DNA of 26,590 nucleotides from assembly GCA_040905565.1 (NCBI GenBank), contig JBBDRF010000007.1, forward strand, positions 1 through 26,590. The letters run 5' to 3'. Below the pieces are notes generated by a model. The model had not been told where the DNA came from. It made no database searches and saw only the letters and a program-made list of their open reading frames with translations. This document shows, piece after piece, positions 1 to 8,941 of this stretch. The number at the start of each line of letters is the position of its first letter. Position 1 is the stretch's first letter. The translations under genes were made by a program, and so were the position numbers. The stretch is from Phycisphaeraceae bacterium. Its GTDB lineage: Bacteria > Planctomycetota > Phycisphaerae > Phycisphaerales > Zrk34.

Positions 1-168
1 GAAAGCCGCGAGGCGCTGCGGAATCATTTCGAAGTTGACGCCCGCTACGTCACGGTGGCGGCCCTTTGGGCGCTGAGTAAGCAGAGCAAAGTGCCCGCGG
101 AAACCGTCACCAGGGCGATCAAAGATCTGAAGATCGATCCCGACAAAGCCGATCCGCTTTACACCTGA
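1..168 (+). CDS. aceE: Pyruvate dehydrogenase E1 (homodimeric AceE type), 3' end only
   Basis: Frame 1 reads ESREALRNHFEVDARYVTVAALWALSKQSKVPAETVTRAIKDLKIDPDKADPLYT*, which resembles the AceE C-terminus (SRENLRHHFEVDA..VVAAL). It lies directly upstream of E2. Confidence 0.9.
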   Translation, partial: ESREALRNHFEVDARYVTVAALWALSKQSKVPAETVTRAIKDLKIDPDKADPLYT

Positions 169-213
169 TAAACTTGAAGTTCGCCCCCGCATCACGACGA
201 ATTGGAAAAACAA

Positions 214-1515
214 ATGGCCGTTGAGTTCAAGCTTCCCGACCTCGGGGAAAACGTGGAATCCGCCGACGTACTGGACGTTCTGGTAAAGCCAGGCGATCGC
301 GTCGAGAAAGAGCAACCCGTGCTCGAAGCGGAAACTGAGAAAGCCACCATGGAGATTCCCTCGAGCGTCGCCGGCGTCGTCAAAGAGGTGAACGTCAGCA
401 AGGGCGACACGATCAAGGTCGGCCAGCTGGTGCTCACGCTCGACGAAGCCGAGGGCGACGGCAAGGCCGAGGCTCCGAAGAAGGAAGAGCCGAAGCAGGA
501 AGAGAAACCCGCCGAGCCCGAGAAGAAGGCGGAGAAGCAAGAGAAGCCCGCCGAAGAGCCGACCAGGCCGACGCCGACCGACGTTTCGCCGGACGCGCCG
601 CAGACGACGGTGGCTTCCGCGCCGCCGCCTGCGCCCAAGGGTGATCGGCTGCCGATTGCAGCTGCTCCGAGCACGAGGCAGTTCGCCCGCGAGATCGGTG
701 TGGACATCCACGAAGTTGAGGGGACCGAGGCGGGCGGCCGCATCTCGATTGAGGATGTGAAGAACCACGCGCGCAGCCGTGCCGCTTCCGGTGGCGGCGG
801 CGCTGCAACTGGGCCACGCTCCACGCGTGAGCCGATGAGCAAGGTTCGCAAGGTCACCGCCCGTCATATGGCCAAGGCCTGGGCCACCATCCCCCATGTC
901 ACCATCCACGACAAAGCCGACGTCACCGACATCGAAAGGATGCGGCAGCGCTTCAAGAAGAAGGCTGAGCAGGCGGGCGGCAAACTGACGATCACCGCGA
1001 TCTTCGTGAAGGTCGTCGCGTCCGCGCTGCGTTCGTTCCCTTCGGTGAACGCTTCGATCGACGTCGAATCGAGCGAGATCGAATACAAGAACTTCTACAA
1101 CATCGGCGTCGCCGTCGACACGCCCCGCGGTCTGGTCGTGCCGGTCATCCGTGATGCGGATGAAAAATCCGTCTTCGAGATCGCCCGCGAACTGACCGAG
1201 ATCTCCGGCAAGGCACGCGACGGCAAGCTGACGCTGGAGGACATGTCCGGCGGCACGTTCACGATCACCAACCTCGGGTCCATCGGCACGGGCTTCTTCA
1301 CGCCGATCGTGAACCACCCCGAGGTCGGCATCCTTGGCATGGGCCGGGCGCTGCAGGAGCCGGTGTTCAAGGACGGCCAGTTCGTCCCCCGCCTGCTCGC
1401 TCCGCTGAGCCTATCGTTCGATCATCGCCTGGTCGACGGCGCCGACGGCGCCCGCTTCCTGCGCTGGATCGTCGACGCGGCCGAAAACCCACTGCTGATG
1501 TCGTTCGAAAACTAA
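214..1515 (+). CDS. aceF: Dihydrolipoamide acetyltransferase (PDH E2), single lipoyl domain
   Basis: Lipoyl domain (FKLPDLGE...ETEKAT), E3-binding motif (AAPSTRQFAREIGVDI), catalytic motif SFDHRLVDGADGARF. ATG at 214. Confidence 0.93.
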   Translation: MAVEFKLPDLGENVESADVLDVLVKPGDRVEKEQPVLEAETEKATMEIPSSVAGVVKEVNVSKGDTIKVGQLVLTLDEAEGDGKAEAPKKEEPKQEEKPAEPEKKAEKQEKPAEEPTRPTPTDVSPDAPQTTVASAPPPAPKGDRLPIAAAPSTRQFAREIGVDIHEVEGTEAGGRISIEDVKNHARSRAASGGGGAATGPRSTREPMSKVRKVTARHMAKAWATIPHVTIHDKADVTDIERMRQRFKKKAEQAGGKLTITAIFVKVVASALRSFPSVNASIDVESSEIEYKNFYNIGVAVDTPRGLVVPVIRDADEKSVFEIARELTEISGKARDGKLTLEDMSGGTFTITNLGSIGTGFFTPIVNHPEVGILGMGRALQEPVFKDGQFVPRLLAPLSLSFDHRLVDGADGARFLRWIVDAAENPLLMSFEN

Positions 1516-1636
1516 GGCTCGGTCAGATGATGGACCATGACGGCCCTGTGTCGACGGTAATTCTCCCGCCAGAGAAGCCGCGATTGCGGCGCATGGCGCA
1601 CGCCGAGCTAAGGGCGGGGCGTTGCGTTCCGCCAGA

Positions 1637-2776
1637 TCAGCTCAATGCTGCCGGCTGTGGCTGAACGCGTGCGGCGGCTGCGGTGGCGGCCTTCGTCCGC
1701 TGCCACCATAGCCAAATTCCCGTGCCAAACAGGAGCACGGGCACCACGCCCAGAACCACCATGATGCACCGGATCAGCAGCGTTGGGCCGAAGTGTCCGA
1801 TGTGCAGCGGATAGAGCAGGTCCACGAGGTTTTCACCGACCTCGGCTTCGCTCCAGTCGTGTCGAGAGATTGTCTCAGCTCTTCCCGGGTGGACATAGAC
1901 GAATGTGTCCCCGTGCGGGTTCTTGTTCCCCGGCTGGCGTACCTGCACCGTCGCCGACCTGCCGTCCTCAGGCGGAAAATAGAACCACCGCGGTTCCGCC
2001 TGCGGGAATTCCGCCTCAGCGGCATCGAGCACCCCTTGCCAATTCATCTGGCCGTCTGCGGGCTCATCGAGCGGAAGCGTATCCGTCGGGAGCTTTCCGC
2101 CAAATGCCGACACCAGGGCCGGCGCCACCAGCGTGTAGAACGCGAGCGATGCGCCCGTGACAGCGACGAACGCGAGGGGCGGCATGGTCCAGGCGCCGCC
2201 CGCGCGGTGCAGATCGTAAATCCGTCGCCGCCACGCCCCTTTCCATTTAACCGTCAGGGCCATGCGCAGCTGTCGCCAGCCGGGCCACCACAAAAAGAGC
2301 CCCGTCCCTAACATCACCAGCAGGCCCAGCCCCAGGACCCCCACCACCGTCACGCCGTCATGGCCGAGCAGAAGGTGAATGTGCAGATCGTGCATGAAGC
2401 CGATCAGCCCCGCGTGCTCGTGGGTATTGCCGAGCACTTCGCCGGTGTACGGGTTGGCGTAGGCCTTGATCATCTCGCTGTTCGGCTTCATCAGCCAGAA
2501 CGTGTGGGCGGTGCCCTCATCCGACGGCAGGTTCAGGTAGAGAGGCTCCGCCTCCGGCACCGCCTCCCGTACGGCGGCAACCACATCGTCCAGCCGGACC
2601 CATTCCATCCCCGGCTCCGCGGAAACCCGTCGCAGTTCCGGCCGAAGCCAACTGTCAATTTCATCACCGAACACCAGCACACTGCCTGAAAGGCCCAGGA
2701 TGCTGACGAATAGGCCCAGCGTGATCGCGAGCGTGAGGTGAACCCGGCGAATCCACTTGCGTGTTTGTCTGCTCAT
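1637..2776 (-). CDS. PepSY-associated TM helix protein (FoxB-like ferrisiderophore reductase)
   Basis: Four TM His motifs (RRVHL, HDLHIHL, YDLHRAGG, YPLHIG), GLFLWWP, NPYTGEVLG and two periplasmic PepSY-like regions. Start is ATG 2776 or GTG 2788; the latter overlaps the receptor stop (GTGA). Confidence 0.88.
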   Translation of the reverse strand: MSRQTRKWIRRVHLTLAITLGLFVSILGLSGSVLVFGDEIDSWLRPELRRVSAEPGMEWVRLDDVVAAVREAVPEAEPLYLNLPSDEGTAHTFWLMKPNSEMIKAYANPYTGEVLGNTHEHAGLIGFMHDLHIHLLLGHDGVTVVGVLGLGLLVMLGTGLFLWWPGWRQLRMALTVKWKGAWRRRIYDLHRAGGAWTMPPLAFVAVTGASLAFYTLVAPALVSAFGGKLPTDTLPLDEPADGQMNWQGVLDAAEAEFPQAEPRWFYFPPEDGRSATVQVRQPGNKNPHGDTFVYVHPGRAETISRHDWSEAEVGENLVDLLYPLHIGHFGPTLLIRCIMVVLGVVPVLLFGTGIWLWWQRTKAATAAAARVQPQPAALS

Positions 2777-2784
2777 CGTGCCGC

Positions 2785-4908
2785 TCACCAGTTGACCGAG
2801 TAGACGAAGCTTAACGTCCGGCCACTTCCACGCGTATAGTTGTACGATGCCGCCGTTGCCTGATTCAAAACCGGGTAGTAATCCTCGTTCAGCAGGTTCT
2901 CCACGCCGAGCCGCAACTCTCCCCGGCCAACTTTGAACGAGGCGTAGAGGTCGACCAGCACGTAATCCTCCACCGGCTGATTGCCGTACAAGGAGCTGTC
3001 GGGCGAGCGTGTGCCGGAATACATAGCCTGGAGCCGGTTGTTCCACCACTCAAACGGCTGATACTCCAGGTACCCAGTCAGCTTCAGCGGCGGGATGCGG
3101 GTGCCCGGCAGATCTTCGTCATAGTCGCCGTCGTTATCCAGATCGATGCGGCCTTGCATCCATGTGGCGGTGCCACCGATGCCCCACTGCTCGTGAAAGC
3201 GATAGTCGCCGTCGGCCTCCACGCCCCAGATGTGTTCAGGCTGCTGGACGATGCGGAGATTCGGATCGAACGTGGTGCCGTTATCGGATTCGCTGTAAAA
3301 GCCCGCCAGTGAGCCGCGCACGTCGCCCCAGTCACCGCGGATGCCGATTTCGTAGTTGTCGACCGTCTGGAAGCCGTTCTGCAAAGCGCTGGCTTGGGTT
3401 TGCGTGGTGTCGGAGACCGCCCGACCGAAGTCCGCGACGGAGAAGCCCTGAGAGAATCCGCCGAACACTTCGACGTTGTCGTTGACGTAGCCGACGGCTG
3501 TGGCGTTGAAGAGCGTGGCGCCGAACGACAGGTCCGCCCCCTCGACATCAACGTTCTGACGGTTGGTCACGTCGGGCACGCTCAGCCAGAACGCTTCGTG
3601 ACGCACGCCGCCGCGAATCATGCCGATTTCGCCGACCGGCAGTTCCAACTCGCCGAACCCCGCGACGGCATCCTGGCTCAGCGGTATGGTGGCGGAGCCG
3701 TCCACCGACTCCTGCACCGTGTCGTCGTGCAGAAAATCGATGCCCCATATGCCGGTGAGCGAGAGCCCTTCGCCCAACATGATCGGCGTATTCATCGTCA
3801 GCCGCGTTCCCACCTTCTCCGAGCGGATCTCGGTCTGGTCGAACCCGGGGAACTTACTGTACCGCGCTGTGAAATCGCCATAGTACGCCTGCAGCTCAAG
3901 ACGACTGTCCAAAATGTCCTTGTGCGTATAGCGGCCACTGATCAACGTGTTGGCGTTACCGGGGTCCTTCTCATTGGGGTTGCCCCCCACCGCAGGCGTC
4001 TTTTGGCCGGTGCTCGGATCTCCCGTGCCGAAAGTCCAGTCTGTATCCTGGCGAATGTCGAAGTGATTCACCAGCAGCTCGACGCGCTGGCGATCCTGAT
4101 CGAAATCTAAGCCGAACTTGCCCAGGATGTTGAACTCCTCCGTGTCGGCGAAACCTCCCTGCACGCCGTGCGGGTCGGGCGGAATTCGATCCCCTTCGGA
4201 ATCGAAGTAGTTGTTGCGATCCACGAACGTTCCGCTGACGAGATAGTCGAACGCGTCGAGCTTTCCGGAAACGCGTTGGGTGGTGTGCCAACTGAGCGAA
4301 TCGTCGGGGTGCTCCGAGGAAAAGTTCAGTCCCACCTGCGAATACCCCTCGAACGGCACGTCCTGCACTGGTTCGCGAGTGATGATGTTGACCAGGCCGC
4401 CGGTGGCGCCGAAGCCGAAAGCCGCCGTGCCACCGCGCACCACCTCAATCCGCTCCACCGCATCGGGGTCGATGGTGTTCAGATCCCGCTGGCCATCGCG
4501 CAACGGAGTCGAGATTGGAATACCGTCGATGAGCACCAAAAAGTTCCGCCCTCGCACGGTCTGGCCGAAGTTCGTCAACCCCTCCGTACTTGGGCTGAAT
4601 CCCGGTACGGTTTTGCCGAGGATGTCGCTGAGATTGCGGTCAATGGTGCTCTGCTTACGGACCTGCTCCCGCGTGACGATTGAGACAGATCGCGTCAATT
4701 CCGAAACGGGGGTCTCGGCACGGGTGGAGGTCACGACCAGATCCCTCAAGGCCGTATCCTGAGCGTCGTCCTGAGAGGTCTCGGAATCATCCTGCGGCGT
4801 CTCCGGAGCTTGGACGTCCTCCGCCGATCCCTTTTCCTGAGCCATCAGCAGCCCGTACGGCGCTACCACGAGAACACAAACGACGATCCACCTGCCAACG
4901 AGCGACAT
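2785..4908 (-). CDS. TonB-dependent siderophore receptor, IutA/RhtA-like
   Basis: Signal peptide, TonB-box-like DLVVTSTR, plug motifs (GQTVRGRNFLVLIDG, ERIEVVRG...FGFGATGGLVNIIT), ENLLNEDYY and a C-terminal Trp. SD AGGAGG at 4915-4920 sits 6 nt from ATG 4908. Confidence 0.9.
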   Translation of the reverse strand: MSLVGRWIVVCVLVVAPYGLLMAQEKGSAEDVQAPETPQDDSETSQDDAQDTALRDLVVTSTRAETPVSELTRSVSIVTREQVRKQSTIDRNLSDILGKTVPGFSPSTEGLTNFGQTVRGRNFLVLIDGIPISTPLRDGQRDLNTIDPDAVERIEVVRGGTAAFGFGATGGLVNIITREPVQDVPFEGYSQVGLNFSSEHPDDSLSWHTTQRVSGKLDAFDYLVSGTFVDRNNYFDSEGDRIPPDPHGVQGGFADTEEFNILGKFGLDFDQDRQRVELLVNHFDIRQDTDWTFGTGDPSTGQKTPAVGGNPNEKDPGNANTLISGRYTHKDILDSRLELQAYYGDFTARYSKFPGFDQTEIRSEKVGTRLTMNTPIMLGEGLSLTGIWGIDFLHDDTVQESVDGSATIPLSQDAVAGFGELELPVGEIGMIRGGVRHEAFWLSVPDVTNRQNVDVEGADLSFGATLFNATAVGYVNDNVEVFGGFSQGFSVADFGRAVSDTTQTQASALQNGFQTVDNYEIGIRGDWGDVRGSLAGFYSESDNGTTFDPNLRIVQQPEHIWGVEADGDYRFHEQWGIGGTATWMQGRIDLDNDGDYDEDLPGTRIPPLKLTGYLEYQPFEWWNNRLQAMYSGTRSPDSSLYGNQPVEDYVLVDLYASFKVGRGELRLGVENLLNEDYYPVLNQATAASYNYTRGSGRTLSFVYSVNW

Positions 4909-4924
4909 AGCCATCCTCCTGAAA

Positions 4925-4941
4925 TTAAAACTCAGTCTCAA
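4925..4941. promoter_or_regulatory. Fur-like operator (8-1-8 imperfect palindrome TTAAAACT-C-AGTCTCAA)
   Basis: AT-rich inverted repeat (6/8 pairs) between the predicted TSS and the SD of a siderophore receptor. Resembles the TGAAAATnATTTTCA-type Fur consensus. Confidence 0.6.
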
Positions 4942-4951
4942 CAAGGCGGCC

Positions 4952-4980
4952 AAACTAACGAGGCCGGCCCACCCTGTCAA
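4952..4980 (-). promoter_or_regulatory. Sigma70-type promoter of the receptor operon
   Basis: Minus strand TTGACA (4980-4975), 17 nt spacer, TAGTTT (4957-4952). Confidence 0.65.
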
Positions 4981-5104
4981 TGCCGCATTCGGCACTTACA
5001 GCGAGTAAATGGCTCCAATAGCTGCACCACTGCGGTGAGAGATGGACGGTCCCCTTCGCCCCGCTGTCGGATCGCTGCACCGTCCGACATTTCCCGCAGT
5101 CCCT

Positions 5105-5133
5105 TTGTGTCGAACGGCGGCGGGCGTTATCAT
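5105..5133 (+). promoter_or_regulatory. Putative sigma70 promoter for lpdA
   Basis: TTGTGT (5105-5110), 17 nt spacer, TATCAT (5128-5133). A second TATCAT lies at 5171-5176. Confidence 0.4.
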
Positions 5134-5198
5134 TCTTCCGTACGCGGTAAGTGGCCGCGTATCGGGGGTCTATCATTAGCGAGAGAGGACGATTTACG

Positions 5199-6623
5199 TT
5201 GGCCGAGAAACAGGAAAAAGGGCGTCTCGTCGTCATTGGTGGAGGCCCCGGCGGCTACCCCGCGGCTTTCCTCGCTGCGGACCTGGGCTTCGACGTGACC
5301 CTCATCGACGATCGCAAGAACCCCGGCGGCGTCTGCCTCTATGTCGGCTGCATCCCCTCAAAGGCGCTGCTGCACGTGGCACGCGTGATCAACGAATCGC
5401 GCGAAGCGGAGAACTGGGGCGTCAAATACGCCAAGCCGAAGATCGATCTGGACACGCTTCGCAAGTTCAAGGACAAGGTGGTCAAGCAGCTAACTGGCGG
5501 CCTGGGGGCGCTCTCCAAGCAGCGTAAGGTGAAGTTCGTCCAGGGCCGGGCGAGCTTCGTTGATAACAAGAGCGTCGAAGTCACCGACGCCAAGGGTAAG
5601 AAGGAAACGGTTGCCTTCGACTCCGCGATCATCGCTACCGGCTCCCGTCCCGCCATGCCCAAGCCTCTCTCGCTGGATGGCTCAGACCGCGTGTGGGATT
5701 CGACCGCAGCCCTCGATCTGCCGAGCATCCCCAAAAGCCTGCTCGTGATCGGCGGCGGGTACATCGGCCTCGAGATGGGCACGGTGTACGCATCGCTCGG
5801 GTCGAAGGTGACGGTCGTGGAAATGACCGGCGGCATCCTGCCCGGGTGCGATCGCGACCTTGCAGCGGTCCTCCACAAACGGCTCAAAAGCCAGTTCGAA
5901 GACGTGCTGCTTGATACCCGCGTCGCTGAGATGACCGAGACGAAGACCGGCGTCAAAGTGAAGCTCATCGGGCTCGACCTTGAGAAGCCTGAGCGGACGT
6001 TCGATCAGGTGCTGGTGACCGTCGGCCGGGTGGCCAACAGCCAGAACCTCGGCCTCGAGAACATGAACGTCGAACTCGACGACCACGGCTTTGTGAAGGT
6101 CGATCATCAACGCCGAACGGGCGAATCGAACATCTTCGCGATCGGTGACGTGGCAGGAGCTCCGGGTCTGGCACACAAAGCGACGCACGAAGCGCGTGTG
6201 GCGGTTGAAGCGCTCGCTGGTCGCCCGAGTGCTTGGGACCCCGCAGCGATCCCGGCCGTGGTGTTCACCGATCCGGAAGTCGCCTGGACGGGGCTGACGG
6301 AGACGGAAGCCCTGAATCAGAACGTGCGTCATAAGGTTGCGAAGTTCCCATGGGCAGCGTCGGGCCGAGCGGTCACGCTTGATCGCACCGAGGGGCTGAC
6401 CAAGCTCATCATCGACCCCGGCACAAACCGCGTGCTCGGCTGCGGCATGGTCGGCGTGAACTGCGGCGACCTGATCGCGGAGCCCACCCTCGCCATCGAA
6501 ATGGGCGCGACCGCTGACGACATTGCGATGACGATCCACCCGCACCCGACCATGAGCGAATCCATCATGGAAGCAGCGGAAGTGTACTTCGGCCACAGCC
6601 CGCACTACACCGCCCGCAAGTAA
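5199..6623 (+). CDS. lpdA: Dihydrolipoamide dehydrogenase (E3)
   Basis: GGGPGGY FAD motif, GGVCLYVGCIPSK redox disulfide, GGGYIGLE NAD motif, HPHPTMSE. TTG start at 5199 after GAGGA. Confidence 0.95.
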   Translation: MAEKQEKGRLVVIGGGPGGYPAAFLAADLGFDVTLIDDRKNPGGVCLYVGCIPSKALLHVARVINESREAENWGVKYAKPKIDLDTLRKFKDKVVKQLTGGLGALSKQRKVKFVQGRASFVDNKSVEVTDAKGKKETVAFDSAIIATGSRPAMPKPLSLDGSDRVWDSTAALDLPSIPKSLLVIGGGYIGLEMGTVYASLGSKVTVVEMTGGILPGCDRDLAAVLHKRLKSQFEDVLLDTRVAEMTETKTGVKVKLIGLDLEKPERTFDQVLVTVGRVANSQNLGLENMNVELDDHGFVKVDHQRRTGESNIFAIGDVAGAPGLAHKATHEARVAVEALAGRPSAWDPAAIPAVVFTDPEVAWTGLTETEALNQNVRHKVAKFPWAASGRAVTLDRTEGLTKLIIDPGTNRVLGCGMVGVNCGDLIAEPTLAIEMGATADDIAMTIHPHPTMSESIMEAAEVYFGHSPHYTARK

Positions 6624-6642
6624 ACTCGCATCAAGATCGACC

Positions 6643-6682
6643 AAAGCCCCGCCCGACGCAGCCGCGTGTGGCGGGGCTTTTT
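6643..6682. terminator. Intrinsic terminator, probably bidirectional, between convergent lpdA and the MnmE-like gene
   Basis: AAAGCCCCGCC...GGCGGGGCTTT stem followed by a T run, with an A run on the other side. Confidence 0.8.
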
Positions 6683-6695
6683 CATGCGCAATGGG

Positions 6696-7853
6696 TCAAA
6701 GTCCCACGTACTCCGCGAGTGCCTGCCGCGCCGCCGCTTCGTCGGTTTGGGCCTGCGTTACGATCTCCCGAAGACGCTCGCTGAACGCCCACCCCCCCCA
6801 CCTCTCCCCCCACTCCTCTCGCACCTCAGCCAAGCCGAGGCATCGCAAGACGGCGCCGGCGAGTTCAGCTAAGCCTTCACCGGTAGCGGCTGAAATGGCG
6901 ACATCCACATCGCGACGCTCCACCGCATCGGTCGGCAGGCAATCCGCCTTGTTCAGCACGCGAAGGTCGACCGCACGCCCGAGCGCCGCTTCATCCACCC
7001 ATTCGCCGCCCGGCTCCCGCAAGCTGATGACGACGTCTGCGTTGGCGATCACGGTGCGCGCCATGGCGATCGCTTGCTGCTCAATACGGTCGGTGGTTTC
7101 CCGAACGCCCGGCGTATCAACCCACCTCACGGCGCCCCCCATTCTTCCGCCCTCGCCATGATCTTCGAGGATCACAAGCGTGGTAACCCAGTCGCGTGTG
7201 GTGCCGGGCAGGTCGGCGGTAAGGCTGGCCGCTGAGCCGGCGAGGCGGTTGGTGAGGGTGCTTTTGCCGACGTTCGCGGGCCCGACGACAACGACGAGCG
7301 GGGGCTCCACCAGCCGATCTAACACGGCCGACCGCTGCCGAACCGCGTCACAATCTAACGGGCCGCCGGATGTCACCTGCTCGGCCCAAAGTCGTGGCTG
7401 GTCAAGCAGCAGATCCACCGCCGCGGGGCTGGCGGCCCGGCTGAGGGTCTCAAGCATGTCGGCTTCGAGGGCGGTGGCGGCTTCGGGATAAAGCGATCGC
7501 GCGTCGGCGGCGTCCATCGGCTGCACGCCGAGCGCCTGGAGTTGGTCGAGCAAGCGCTGCACGACCCGCACCCCGCCGTGCGGCATGATCTGCACCATCT
7601 GGCGCGTGCCTGAAATCCACGCGATGACCGCCTCATCCCCTCCGCCGCCTTTATCCGCACCGCTGCCGGGCAGTAGGTTCAGTTCCATCAGGCCCCACCG
7701 GGCGGGTACGGCGGCTGAGGTCAGACCGCTGAGGATGTCGCCGAGCTCCGGACCATGCAACTGAACAACGGCGATCGCCCCCGGGGCCATGGCGGTCATC
7801 AGCCGGTAGCGGGTGGTCGCTTCAGCGGATTCAGGCGGTGAGGGATTACTCAT
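6696..7853 (-). CDS. MnmE/TrmE-like GTPase, atypical (short, lacks C-terminal CxGK)
   Basis: N-terminal PGAIAVVQLHG and PHGG motifs; G1 GPANVGKST, G2 PGTTRD, G3 DTPG, G4 NKAD, G5 SA. ATG 7853 overlaps the upstream gene's end. Confidence 0.8.
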   Translation of the reverse strand: MSNPSPPESAEATTRYRLMTAMAPGAIAVVQLHGPELGDILSGLTSAAVPARWGLMELNLLPGSGADKGGGGDEAVIAWISGTRQMVQIMPHGGVRVVQRLLDQLQALGVQPMDAADARSLYPEAATALEADMLETLSRAASPAAVDLLLDQPRLWAEQVTSGGPLDCDAVRQRSAVLDRLVEPPLVVVVGPANVGKSTLTNRLAGSAASLTADLPGTTRDWVTTLVILEDHGEGGRMGGAVRWVDTPGVRETTDRIEQQAIAMARTVIANADVVISLREPGGEWVDEAALGRAVDLRVLNKADCLPTDAVERRDVDVAISAATGEGLAELAGAVLRCLGLAEVREEWGERWGGWAFSERLREIVTQAQTDEAAARQALAEYVGL

Positions 7854-8349
7854 CTTCAGGCGGGATGTGGAACAGTTCGGTGTCGTCGTCGCTCTCACGC
7901 GAGCGCGGTTTGACCATGGCCTTACCGTTGGGCCAGGTGCCGAGCAGCAGGAACGTGGCGATCAGTAGCGGGATGACGTGCGGGATGAACTCGTTGGCCA
8001 TGAGTGCGCCGAAGGCTGCCCAGATACCGCTGATCGTGATGCCTCCCCACATGATCAGCGAGGCGAGCAGGTAGCCGTTCGGTGTGACGACCCCGCGCTC
8101 GGCCCGGCGGGTGTGAAAAATCCGTCGATGGACGAAGGCGGCCAGCGTCGGCAGCACAGCGACGAGCACCATGGCGCTGACAAACCAGCCGTCGATGCCT
8201 GCCGCGCCCTCCGCATCGAGCACCGGCCAGGTGACGATGACGGTGAGGCAGAGCAAGATGAGCAGAAGCACGAGCATGCCGCCCCAACTCGCGATCGCGA
8301 CCGCCATCGCCCGTTGAATTTCAAGGTCCCCCTGATTGCGTTTAACCAT
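7846..8349 (-). CDS. Hypothetical 4-TM membrane protein (paralog 3)
   Basis: Four hydrophobic segments, SD-like GGGAG upstream of ATG 8349, shared motifs with the two neighbouring genes. Confidence 0.75.
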   Translation of the reverse strand: MVKRNQGDLEIQRAMAVAIASWGGMLVLLLILLCLTVIVTWPVLDAEGAAGIDGWFVSAMVLVAVLPTLAAFVHRRIFHTRRAERGVVTPNGYLLASLIMWGGITISGIWAAFGALMANEFIPHVIPLLIATFLLLGTWPNGKAMVKPRSRESDDDTELFHIPPEDE

Positions 8350-8405
8350 TGGATGCTTCTCCCTGGAACTGCTACTGATCCGCCCCCCGCACGCCATTGT
8401 AGCGC

Positions 8406-8864
8406 CTACCGCTGGGTGCCCGCCGTCGCTTCGGTCGGTGCGGCTGTGTCGGAGGCTTTGGGGAAGCGAGAAAGCAGCACCGCCATCGGCACCATCGCCA
8501 CAATCCCAAGAGGGATCATGCTGCCGTCGACCATCGCTAAGGCCAGCGACGCCACGGCCGCACCTTCCAGCGGAGCCATTCCACCGATCTGCGTCATGTT
8601 GTACATGTCGGCATCGAACAAGCCGTGCTGCCAGACCTTCTTTTTGAAAAGCGCCGGGATCACAAAGCTCATGCCGATGCCGCCGGCCGTGATCGCCACC
8701 GCAATGATGAAGAACAGGCCGGGCCCCGCATCCGCCTCGCGTGGCTCACCGTCCGAGAGCAGCATCGCAAACACCGCCATGATCATCAGCGTCCCGCCCA
8801 GCAAGCCTGCCCAGATAATGCGGGCGGTCGTCAGCGCCTGTTGCTGTTTCGCCTCGGGTTCCAC
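8406..8864 (-). CDS. Hypothetical 4-TM membrane protein (paralog 2)
   Basis: Four hydrophobic segments, GTG start after AAAGGG, fills the gap between co-oriented genes. Confidence 0.72.
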   Translation of the reverse strand: MEPEAKQQQALTTARIIWAGLLGGTLMIMAVFAMLLSDGEPREADAGPGLFFIIAVAITAGGIGMSFVIPALFKKKVWQHGLFDADMYNMTQIGGMAPLEGAAVASLALAMVDGSMIPLGIVAMVPMAVLLSRFPKASDTAAPTEATAGTQR

Positions 8865-8941
8865 GGTCGCCCTTTCGCTGAGTAAAATGCCACAACACCC
8901 ATGATGGAAGCTATAACGGTTGGTGTAAAGCCCCTACCTCG

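Noticed and set aside
2789..3049. N-terminal extension of the PepSY ORF (470 aa in the ORF track)
   Set aside because: It overlaps the receptor's C-terminal coding region. Family-like sequence starts at MSRQTRKW.
1547..5113. TGTGTCGA at 1547-1554 and 5106-5113 as a target-site duplication of the iron cassette
   Set aside because: Only an 8-bp match, with no terminal inverted repeats, integrase or transposase. It could be chance and cannot be supported without an empty-site comparison.
6788..6811. C8/C6 homopolymer tracts as a frameshift or phase-variation site explaining the missing MnmE tail
   Set aside because: The frame stays open through the tract (EEWGERWGGWAFS), and no alternative frame restores a CxGK motif before the terminator.
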